Assembly: GCF_009914755.1 (NCBI RefSeq)
Contig: NC_060930.1
DNA length: 64,000 nt
Strand: one strand, 5' to 3'
Source of the DNA: the human T2T-CHM13v2.0 reference genome, Homo sapiens
Shown here one piece after another: positions 41,311 to 52,465 of this stretch (its first letter is position 1; each line of letters opens with the position of its first letter). Position numbers and translations under genes: made by a program. The notes beneath the pieces were generated by a model that made no database searches, was not told the origin of the DNA, and saw only the letters and a program-made list of their open reading frames with translations.

Positions 41311-41452
41311 AGAACAGCTGGCTAGAGGGACTCTGAACATAAAAGTGATTTTAAAATACCTTAACAAATTTATTTTACTCATGAATTTTTATGTATGTAT
41401 AAAATTTGTACATGATAAAAATCAACACTTGATATTTAAAACAGTTTCTTCA

Positions 41453-41744
41453 GGTCAACCATGATGGCTCACGTCTATAATCCCAGTACTTTGGGAAGCT
41501 GAGGCAGGCAAATCGCTTGAGGCCAGGAGATAGAGATGAGCCTTGGCAGCATGGCAAAATTCCACGTATACAAAAAAAACCACAAAAATTAGCCAGGCAT
41601 GGTGGAGCACACCCATAGTCCTACCTACTTGAGAGGCTCAGGTAATAGGAACACCTGAGCCCTGGAAGTCCAGGTTACAGTGAGCTGAGATTGCAGCACT
41701 GTACCCCAGCATGACAGAGAGACCCTACCTCAAAAAAAAAAAAA
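41453..41744 (+). mobile_element. AluJ-like element
   Basis: Diverged Alu dimer ending GACCCTACCTC plus an A tail. Degenerate TSD AAAACAGTTTCTTCA / AAAAGAGTTATTTCA. Confidence 0.9.
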
Positions 41745-41999
41745 GAGTTATTTCAACAAGTATAATTAGCTATCTAGATATATCTATCTACCTACCCATT
41801 TACCTATATGTAGAGGGAGGTAGATACATTGGCCAACGTGCCAGTGATAAGGAACATTGTGTTATAGTTTAACTGACAGTTTTTTTTTCTTTCTCAGTAG
41901 TAAATAATGGTGCTTTTTAGAAACAATAGATTTGATGTCACAAGTAATAGGATTATTCGCAAAGTTCACTGTTCACTGAGACAACTCCACCCATACTAC

Positions 42000-42420
42000 C
42001 TGTGTATTTGCAGCATTTACCTTTCCAGGCACTTCTCATGCCCTTTTGTCTTTCCATGCACAGGATACCTCCACTCAATAAAAAGTCATTTTCTAACTTC
42101 TCCACTCAATATATTCATTTATTTTTTTAAGATCAATTCAAAAGGTATTTCCTTGGTGAAGTGCTTCTCTACTATCACAGAATTATAGCATTCTGCCTAT
42201 ACTATAGTCTAGCCTCTTGTCCATATACTATGATTTTCTGCATATATTTTTATATGATTTTATTTTCTAGTTAATTGTAATCTTCCTAAGGGCAAAGGCC
42301 AGGTTCCAGTTAATTCTGTCAACCCAGAAAGCAGCATCATGTGCAAAATTTTTTGTACTATCAGTAAATGATACCTGCTATGCATGTGGTAAGCCTCAGT
42401 AACTATTCTTTGAAATAATA
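42000..42420 (+). mobile_element. L2 3' fragment
   Basis: ATTGTAATCTTCCTAAGGGCAAAGGCC..GTGGTAAGCCTCAGTAACTATT resembles the L2 terminus. Confidence 0.55.
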
Positions 42421-43403
42421 AAGAAATAAAAGTGTGAACAGTGAATTTATGTGATATATTCATATAAACTATTTATATTTTACAACCATAGTTTAACAAA
42501 TCAAAGTGTGACGATGCTGAAGCCAAGGCCAACACATTAATTTTTCTAGGTTTATTTTCACCCATTTATTCTGGCTGTTATCCTGCACTGGCATGTTTAT
42601 TCTTCATTATTGCCAATACTAGAGAAGATTAGGAATAAATTAGAGCAACTTATCTTCACTATGTGAAAAGTCAATACTTATTGATGGTAAGTTAAAAATT
42701 GTCAATTTCTAAAATAATCTCATAAGTAGAAAATAGCATGCTTATATTAATACATTGATTATAAATATTTTCAAAGAATAATTCAAAAATTCAACCTTAT
42801 ACACAATACATCTTTTTTAAATCCTGCTTTATTGTTCTCAGAAGTATATGAAAGATTAATATATTTAGGTTAGAAAGCCTTTTTAGCCTTTTGCTTTTAC
42901 TATCTATTCAAATGTTTATGAGGATAGGCAAACATGAAGGAAGTGTACATGGATTTATCATTTGCTTGAGTGTTATAATTAGGGGCCCAAACTGTATAGG
43001 TAAGAATGATATTTAAAAATCAACCATGCTTAAACCTGAACATTAGTCTAATCAGAATTAGACACCCAAATTGTTTGTTGCATCTTTACTTTTATACAAT
43101 CTTAATAGATGCCTTCTGGATAGCAATTAATAGAAGCATTTTCTAAAACTACACAAAACATTTTACTTAAATTCTTTATTCTCTTTTCAACCTTTTTCTT
43201 TGATGAAAATATACTTTCCTTTTTCACCATAATGGCTTTTTATTTAACTTATGCCTGCTATACATGGTAGTATCTGTAAATAAATAACAAAAAAAAGTAT
43301 GAAAGAATGATTAACTATTACTGTCATTGACCTTTCATATTTAGGCTGTTTGTTGTATTTTAAAATACAATTTTAACTTTAAATAATTTAATAAATCTCA
43401 ATT

Positions 43404-43600
43404 CTCTACTTTGCACCTTGGGCAAGCTTTTTAACTGTTCTGGGCCTCATTTTCCTCATTTGTAGAAAAAAGGAGATAATAATAATACCTAACTCACAGG
43501 GTATTTTGTGAAGATTAAATGGATTAATATATGTAATATATTTAGAACAAGATGCATAATTATTTGATTTCAGAGTTATTTTTGAGATTATTGTCATTAT
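43404..43600 (+). mobile_element. MIR SINE
   Basis: Core ACCTTGGGCAAG..TTAAC..GCCTCATTTTCCTCATTTGTA..ATAATAATACCTAACTCACAGGGT..GTGAAGATTAAATG. Confidence 0.88.
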
Positions 43601-44919
43601 TCCATTTGGTTAAAAAAATTCTGACAATTTCTGAACAGTGTCTTATTTTGATCAGGCTAATATTCAGGTTTAAGTATGATTAATTTTTAAATATCATTCT
43701 TACAGTTTTGTCCCCTAACATTATGCAAATCAAGTCCAGGTATATTTCCTTTATGTTTGCTTAGTCTCAGAAAACCATGCTTTATTATGATTTATTTCTT
43801 CAAATAAATGAATAAATCCATTCTACTAAGGAAAAGAGGAATAAGCATATTTTATGACTCAAATATGGCAGTACAGAAAAATAGTAAATAATGATAAATA
43901 AATTTCCATTTAATATAAAAATGAAAGCTCTGGTTAGAGCCCTCAATTAGTAAAACTACTTGGCTTATGAATCAGTGAGTTTGTGGCAGGACAACTGTCC
44001 AGATGGTCACTGAAAGGATTCCTTAGTTTGGTGAGAGGCTGGCTTAGAGGGCTCATATCATTCTTACGAAGGAGTCTACCTTATTTCAAAGCAGAATCGT
44101 ATCTCTCCACATGGGGTAATCTGAGGGGTGGCTACCTCACTCACTTTCTGACATGTTTGGAATACACATCTCTTTCTTTGAATCTTGAGCCCATAGCTTC
44201 ATTACATCTAGAAAGGGTTTTCTTTAGTGTAACTTATTTAACAATTATCTGAGACAGAAAAAAAAAAGGGCATATTAAATGCTAGGAGATGTGAACTACC
44301 AGAAAAAAAGGAGAGTGGTAGAGCACTAATAACAAATTTTGCCTACTTCTTAATTTGAAGTTGAACCTGGTCAAATTAAGAAGTAACCAATTCTCACAGT
44401 TCTGTTGCAGAAGCACACCTGGGTCTCCAGGTGCCTTCATGTGAGAGGAAGTCACGCTTGGCAAGTGTCATTACTGTTGAATTAGATGACTAAGTCACAG
44501 AACAGTGAAAAAAACTCATAAAGATTTCATCATGGAAGTATGTACATAACACAGCCACTACGTAGACTCCTATGCTTCTGAAAACCTTAGGTTCAACCTT
44601 AGAGTGTTGTAATGAAATTATTGGCAATCAGCTTGTTCACAGAACTTGATCGTATCATAATTTGTGAAAAAGCCAAGAAAATGGTAGGTAATGTTTCCTG
44701 ATTACTTTTATTAATTAAATTTCAAAGCTATTCTCAATCAGGCTCCCACCTTACAAACATACTGTTCACCTTGTGAATTCTTTCAGTCTTGATTATTAAT
44801 TCAGTCATTGTCACCCTTTGCACTCACCTCCCCCCATTTTGGAAGTCCCATAGATGCAAATATTGGCACTGTACAACATGCAGCCCAGGTCTTGTCGTGC
44901 TCTGGACTGGGACTCCATC

Positions 44920-45075
44920 ATTAATGAGTTTTTATTGCTGCTCCTACCAGCCCTTGAGCAGACTCTGTGGATGCCAATCTAGAGCAGCCCAGCATAAACT
45001 TCACATGTTCAGAATTTTCATTGACCTCACTGAGACTTTCATGAGAATGGATGTACCGAGTAAATATGGGAAAGA
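44920..45075 (+). mobile_element. Second RTE/L4-like reverse-transcriptase fossil
   Basis: ORF 44789..45097 contains QHKLHMFRIFIDLTETF..SKYG, resembling the RTE motif EQxxxLYxxFIDLTKAFD..LxKxG. Confidence 0.45.
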
Positions 45076-46203
45076 ATTCTATGATACAACTCTCTAAATA
45101 GAAAACCTTTGTTTTTGCTGTCCATATTTGCATAACTAATGTTATAAAAGGTGTAGCAGAAAAACACTCAGAGTGAAGTCCGGGGCCATGACCCAAATTC
45201 AAAAAGTTGTAAGAATAGCCAAGTATTCTTATGTGATCTGTTAAGCTTTCAAAGCTGCAATGAAAAGGAAAACAACAGAAAAATAGCTAGATTGATGAGC
45301 TGTAAATTTTATAGATAATTATATGTGCTTCCTTGTTTGTAGAAATACATAACTATGCATCCTAGACAAGGTACCTCTAGGGAGTTAAAGAAGAAAATAA
45401 GAATGAAGGCAAAAATATCCTATTCAGATTTTCTAAACAGCTTATGTTGATGCTAAATAAACTTTAAAAAATAGACACAGTGGCTTAATTTTGTGATATT
45501 TAAGTGTTATAATTTTATTCTGTTAAGTGTGTATGATTGTAAAAGCATCGAAGTTGAAAATCTGTGAAATTGGAGGAAAATACAATTTCACCTTTTGTTC
45601 AGAAATTTCCAAAACTACAAAGTAAATAAATTCAAATATAAGTAGAAACATTAGTTCTTTATTTTATTCCTTGCCATAGATGAAGGACTTTATAGAATGA
45701 CTATGTTTAGGGTAAAGTGACTATTTTCCTATATGAGTTGTATCTACAAAGTATGAAGTCTTGTTTTAAACAAAATGAAGACATTGTCATTCAACCATTT
45801 CCCTGAAATTAGTTGCCTAGGAAAACAAATTTAATAATGAAGTCAAAATAAAGTTTTAGTTTACTATTTATATATATATTTTTACTTCAAAGGGAGATTT
45901 TCTGCATAGTTATATTCTTATTTATAAGGCTTTGCTCTAGTTAACTTTTCTCTATTTTTTAAACACAATTGCCATTATAAAAAATTATTTACCCTTTCTT
46001 GAAGATACGCATTATTTAAATACAGTAACTCAGATGGAAGTAACATTTATTTAATTGTAAATTTTTAATATCTTTAGGCTTAAAAAACTCAAATCATTTG
46101 CTAATATTGCCATGTCTTCATTCTTTCTGTCCTGCACATTGGGCAATATACTTAGAAAATGAGAAAAACTTAACTACTTATTTTATTTTAGAAATAATTA
46201 CAA

Positions 46204-46299
46204 AATATGTAAAATATTTTAGTTTTTATTGTAAAAATATTTATATTAATATGTAAAATATTTTACTTTTATTGTAAAAATATTTATATTAATATGTAA
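46204..46299. repeat. 43-44-bp AT-rich tandem duplication
   Basis: Units at 46204-46247 and 46248-46290, plus a partial third copy. Confidence 0.9.
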
Positions 46300-46392
46300 C
46301 ATAAATTTAAAAGTTTATACAGAATGTTTTATCTCTTAAATTGTTAGATGTATACAAATAAATTTGAGTGTCATATTGTCACCATTATGTAG

Positions 46393-46784
46393 TCTTGTGG
46401 ACTAAATTGTGTCCCCCCATAATTCATATGTTGAAGCCCATAAATGCCAATGTGACTGTATTTGGAGACAAGGCTTTTAAAAAGGCAACTAAAGTTGAAT
46501 AAGGTTATAAGGATGTGGCTCTACTCCAGTAGAATTCATGTCCTTATAAAAAGTGGAAGAGACATCAGAGAGCTCTCTTTCTTCATGAGCACATGAAGAG
46601 GATACATGAAGACAGCAAGAAAGCAGTAATCTGTAAGCCAAAAGAAAGAGTTCACCAAAAACTGAACTTACCAGAACCTTGACTGTCAAGTTCTAGCCTC
46701 CAAAATGGCCAGAAAATAAATGTCACTTGTTTAAGCTACCCAGTTGGTGGTATTTTGTTATAACAGACTGAGCTGACTAATATA
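46393..46784 (+). mobile_element. MLT1A-like solo LTR
   Basis: TGGACTAAATTGTGTCCCCCC..ATTCATATGTTGAAGCCC .. AGAAAATAAATG..TTTAAGCTACCCAG..GACTAATATA. 5-bp TSD TGTAG/TGCAG. Confidence 0.88.
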
Positions 46785-47049
46785 TGCAGCCATTGCTAAT
46801 TTTTCTTACTAAGGATCTAAAGTTCACAGAATTGATTGATCATAATTATTGGTTCATACTCACTGTTACCAGTTGTCATTGCAAGGTCATCTTCTATTTT
46901 ATGTGTTTATTTAACTGGAGCACTAGACTATTACCAGTAACTTACCTCTCCTCATATGTTCCCTACCTGTATTGTCTCCCAAAGTTCTAATATTTATTTT
47001 TAAAATTCTCTTGCATTTTCTTTTTTCCTTTGTGTTTTCTTTTTAGTTT

Positions 47050-47770
47050 TGTTACTAAATAACATATTAGTTTTTTTCTACTACATGTTAACTCCTTAAA
47101 CTCACTTTTTTTCAGTCAATATTTTCTTAAGTTTCATCCATGTTATTGGTTTCATTGTGGCTCATTTTCATTGTTGTATAATATTCTCTTTGCTCAATAC
47201 ATCAACGTGTATTAATGAGTTCTGCTAGTGAAAATTTTGTTCTCCGTGCTTTGCTATAATGAATAATGGGCTATAGACACTTTTTTTGCATTATTTTGTG
47301 GTACATATGTGCCAAAGTTTGTCTTAGATATATTCTTGTGGGCTTTATTGCTACATCATAAGTTTTGCAAATATTTAGTTTTGCAATATAATTTTAAAAT
47401 ATTTTCCAAAGTGTACCAGTTAGCATTACCACAAATAAATGAGAGCTTGTGAATATATACCTTCCACACTACATGCAATCGTCAAACTTATTTTTTCCAA
47501 CCAATTGACCATAAAATGGAATAAATGGTGGTCTTGGTTTAAGTTGCTTTGCTTATTAGTGAGATTAAATTTCTCTTCATATGTACTTATTTATGTTATG
47601 TATGTTTTTCTTTGATGGTATACTCATTCATGTCTTTTGACCATTTATTGCCTTAAATTTTTTGTACAGATTTTACAAATGCTTTATGTATTCATTATAC
47701 TAATCTGTTGTCACTCCATATTTCAAAATATCTTCTCCAAGTTTAAATGTTTTTACTTTTTCGATTGTCA
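47050..47770 (-). mobile_element. Ancient L1ME-like 3' fragment
   Basis: TTCATCCATGTT..TTTTCCAAAGTGTACCAGTT..GGTGGTCTTGGTTT..TTCATGTCTTTTGACCATTT are degenerate antisense L1 3' motifs. Confidence 0.6.
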
Positions 47771-48486
47771 TTAGAAAATAAACTGAAGGCAGAACAAAGA
47801 CTAGAAGCCATATCCTTTAACCTCTACTTCCTCTCTCGACTCAGCAGGTGAGAACTTTTGATTTTGAAACTTCAGCTTCTTTATTTGCACTTCTCAACAA
47901 TTCTCATGTATCTTTTTTTTTTTTTTGCTTTCTGGTAATTAACTTTCATATCATAATAAAAATGTGTTTTGTATTATAACTATGTATGTCTTATGCAAAT
48001 GCTAAAGTCAAATCATAAATTTCATATTGTTAGCATAACAACATATTGTTGGGAATACAGAAACTATTGTACAAAATACTTTGTAAACTTTGTACTATGC
48101 TTTTCTGAATGCTTATAGGTTTAAGATTATTCTATCACTGTATAATATGAAATGGCATAGTAGAGTGGTTACATAGTGAATATAACTAAAGCACTTTAAA
48201 TATCTCTTTAAAAACTGTTCCTGGCACTCTTATTAACAGAAGTTATACATATCCTGGACCTCTTAGGCATATATATTTTTAAATAATTATAACACACAAT
48301 TATTGAAGAACAAGAGAAAAAATAAAAAAAGAGGCGCTACGGGAGGAAATTATCATTCCAAGTCTGAAACATTGATAGCTGAAGTCATTTATATGCTTTC
48401 CTGAAGTCATCTCAGCTAGTCAATTTAGTGGGTAATAATTTCAGAAACATAGTGTTTTTTTCTTTTTTTCTGTCAAAGGTCCATTT

Positions 48487-48526
48487 AGATGAGATCAGGC
48501 ACGTTCAGGGTGGTATAACCGTAGAC
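48487..48526 (-). pseudogene. 5S rRNA 5' fragment (nt 1-40), tailless retropseudogene
   Basis: The reverse complement GTCTACGGTTATACCACCCTGAACGTGCCTGATCTCATCT matches human 5S nt 1-40 at 35/40 positions. Confidence 0.9.
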
Positions 48527-51174
48527 TTATTGAACTACACTCTTCATTTACCAGCCAGTTTTATAGAATTAACATAGAACTACTTAACAATTTTCATTCG
48601 CCACTGAATTAACAAAGTTCATTTACTCTCTAACCCTCTAACAAAAACATTTTATCATGTATTTTGCACCTAGAAGATTCCTAGTTTTCTTTGTAGTTAG
48701 ACAGACATGACTCTATTACTCTGTGATTATAATAGTTTGGAAGTTATGTTTTCTAAAATATCTTAATAATAAGTTAAAACTGAGTTATTTTAAATGATTA
48801 GTTAATAAAATTAACAATGGATACAATATTCGAAGGAAATAAAATGCCACACTTCTTTGCATTATGCTGTGGTTAAATAAAACTAGAAAACTGATAGAAT
48901 TATCTAGTAATATTTCCGCCCATTCATACTTATTGAATAAAATTCTACTTCGGGGTCTTCTGTAGTTGCTTCTCAAAGAAACTGTAGTTGGAAGTGATTA
49001 TGCAGAGCTATGGGCATAATACGTTCAGATTACTAACTGAAATCAGGAGTGAGAAATGAGATGTATACTACAATTACTCTGTACTGTACAGTCTGTCTAG
49101 ACATGCTGGCACAAAACTGCTGCTTAAACATATAATTATTAAGAAAGGCTCCCTTAATTTTTCAAGATATTTAGAAATTAATTGAAATTGATAAAGACAA
49201 CAAGACATGGTAGCACTTTGAAGTGGAATTACCTAAATTAACAAGTTACATTTATGCTGAGATGGTCAGAATGGATGTGCAATTTTTACATGAAACATAT
49301 ATCAGCAATTATAGCTGTTTCTGTTCCATCACTGTTTAATTTTCTGTTCTCAGTCATGTATATTTATCCCTTGCCCAACACCTAAAAAATGCTAAGAATC
49401 CGGGAGGCTTTATGCAGACCTAGTTTTCTGAACACAAAACAGGAAACTATCTCAAATGCTCTTAGTTGATCCATCTTTGTGTTCCAAGCACAATGCCTAG
49501 AAAATCCACCTGCTGGAAGTCGGGTGGTGTATGCAAAGGGATGTCATGGTAATTTGAAAACTTTTGAATACAGAATAGAGGCTTTTCCTGACTTCAAGCT
49601 CACCACACTGGTTTGTTTGGCTCATTACATGCCAAAACTTTTGATTGATGTGCTCATTTCAGTCACGGGTAATTTTAACTCATATATTAAGTAGCTGCTG
49701 CTTCCACTCCATTATAGTTCCTTGTATGGGGCAAATCAGAGCTCGGGTCTTGTCTGTATTGGGCTGACCTAGAGCCATAGTGTGCTTTTGTTTGGATTTA
49801 AGTAGGAGGCAAGCTAATATTTCAAAACTAGCAAACGTTTACAATCTCTGCTTTTCTTAATTGTAGGGATCCCTGTGGTAAAGAGCTTTTTATTGCTACC
49901 ACATAGCTCTTTGGGAGTCCCAACGAAGCCAGAAATGTTGTTAAAGGCTTCCTAAAGACATAGAAATTCTTTTTAAATGTAGGAGATTTAAGTGGATTAA
50001 TACAATGTAACCAATTCTGGCAACATTTCCTCCCCTCTTATCTGTTTTTATTTGTGGAAGTCATTGTGTCTTAATAGTAATTTTTGGTTGTGTAACCCAG
50101 TATCTGCAGTACATTTGGGGACTGAGCACGCTTCAGTGCATTACCAGTTTACCATTCATTCTATACAGAATAGGACTTTAATAGGAATCACCACATAAAT
50201 GGTAGCTAGTGATTTACATTTCTGTAAAATTTTAGGTTCAGTATTAATTTACATCAGCCTGCATAGAAAAATATAAGAATCATTTATTCATATCAGTAAC
50301 CCTGTCTTTCTTTGAAACTCCTACCTATTCATTATAAATAGCAGAATTAAAATGAGACATTAGGCCAAACTAGTCAGTTAAACACATAAACTTTAATTAC
50401 AATTGACTTGTTTGATTTAAATTCAAATAACATTATTATTACCATTATGTTATTGTTATAGCACACAAATATGATTTACATTGAAACAAAGCCCTTTCCC
50501 CTAATAGAGCTTGAAGAATCTTTCTGGAAATAAATAAGATACACTAAAATGCTCATTTAAAAAATTTGGGTGTATCTCAGAGGATATGTAATCTGTTAAA
50601 TATACCAATGATAACAGCAAACACTTTGTAAACTATATAATCCAGGTTACAATCAACAAATACCTAATATGTGTACAAGAAAAACTAGTTTGAAAAAGGC
50701 AAAAATGGTTTATATTTTATAAATTGCTCAGAGGAAAGAAACAAATTAGGCTAGAAGCAGTAATTCAGAGGTATATAAGAAGCCTCTTTAAATATTTTGG
50801 GGGTCAGTAATTGGTACAAGTGTACATGTCAAGCTAAGCAACGTTCAAATCCTCTTCTCATTGAATCAAATAAAATGAAATTGCCCACGGAAATAAGGGT
50901 TGTAAACTTTGTATTATTTTGCTGTTGTATTGTATTATTTTAACTCATGGGATACTTAAGTCAGAGTTGCACAATCCAAGATACTGGAGACTTGGGAATG
51001 ACCTAGTTTTAGATGCCAGTCTGGACAAACCAGACCAAATGAGCATTTTCTTCCTGGAAGTTGGATAAATACATCTTTATGTGTATTTAAGCTTGTGTTA
51101 CTCAGGAAGGAACTAATTTAGATTTTAAAATAATTTATTTTTAAAATTTATCTGTAAATAAAAATTAGTCTGAA

Positions 51175-51381
51175 AAAGAGCTGAAAAACTAAGGACCATA
51201 AGCCCAATCCGGTAAGCTTCTTGTTTTTGTAAATAAAGTTTTATTTGAACATATTCATGTACATATTATCTGTGGCTTCTTTTGTGCTATAAAGGCAGTG
51301 TTGAATTATTGAGACTGTATGGCTACCAAAACCTACATATTTACCATTGGGCCCTTGAAAAATAATGTCTACCAGCAGCTG
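51175..51381 (+). mobile_element. MER58A (hAT-Charlie MITE)
   Basis: TGTTTTTGTAAATAAAGTTTTATTTGAACA..GAGACTGTATGGC..ATATTTACCAT. Confidence 0.85.
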
Positions 51382-52302
51382 ATTTAGAATAAATATCTTA
51401 TGTTAAAATATAAAGGCCATTAATCATAAAGTTTGAATGTTTAAAAAATATTTCAGTATTTTCAAATAGAGCTAAAGTAATAATATAATTAAACAATTCA
51501 AAATGCATTCCTAAACTTATATCAACATAAGTGTTATAATCATGTTATATTTAATACATTCAATATTACATATTACAGGCCAGAGTTATTCATATCTCTC
51601 AAGGAAAAAAAAAGATAACATATAAAATATAAGTTCTAAGAATTATACTTATGTTTATTCATATATTTCTTCATATACATTTTGGTGAAGAAAAAAATAT
51701 TTTTAAGTTTTCCATTTCCCATCATTAGGTTCCTTTTATAAAAGTAACATAACTCAAACTTTGTTTTGTTTTGTTTTGATTTGCTTTTAGGTTTTTATAA
51801 TAATTTTTAATTTTCCCATGAAGGAGCACAAGCCATGAAAAAAAAAATCACAGTTTTCCTTCTGATGAAGCACAACAATTAAGAAACTGGAAAGACTCAA
51901 ATAATGTACTCATTAACTTTCATGCTATGGGTGGCCAAGCAAGAGACAGGCATTGCTGGAAAAAAGTGACTCCATTTAGTTCTCTTTAAAGAAGCCATCA
52001 ACCAAGCAGCCATTGGTATTTCTCTTCCTTAAACACCCTTCAATATTTGATGACTTCTTACTGAGAATTTGATATTTATACATTGTAACAGAGGTTGGTG
52101 ATTCTGGAGATAAATGAAAAAAAAAACAAGAATAAAAGAATATATTTACTGGATTAATAGATTTGACCATAAATAGAGCCAGATAACCCAAGAGAAAAAA
52201 ACCCTTGTGCGGGTTGGCAATATTTTGCTAGATTCCTTAATTCTATCCTGGCCTTTTCTGGTTACTGCTTTTAAATTTTACTTCAAGGTTTTGTTACCTT
52301 AT

Positions 52303-52465
52303 CAGTGCATCTAAAAAATGATATCATAGAGATCACCTAGGAATTTGTTAAAACAAATATTCCGATTAAGTGGGTCTGCAGTAAGACCTAGCATTCTGTA
52401 TTTCTAGCAAGATTCCAGGTGACTCTGATGATACTGTTACCAGAAAATACTCTGAATAGCAAGAC
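52303..52465. mobile_element. MER5A-like MITE
   Basis: ATCACCTAGGAATTTGTTAAAA..CTGTATTTCTAGCAAGATTCCAGGTGACTCTGATG. Confidence 0.7.

Noticed and set aside
49506-49516. CCACCTGCTGG as a CTCF site
   Set aside because: Only part of the core matches. The GGC(G/A) end of the motif is missing.
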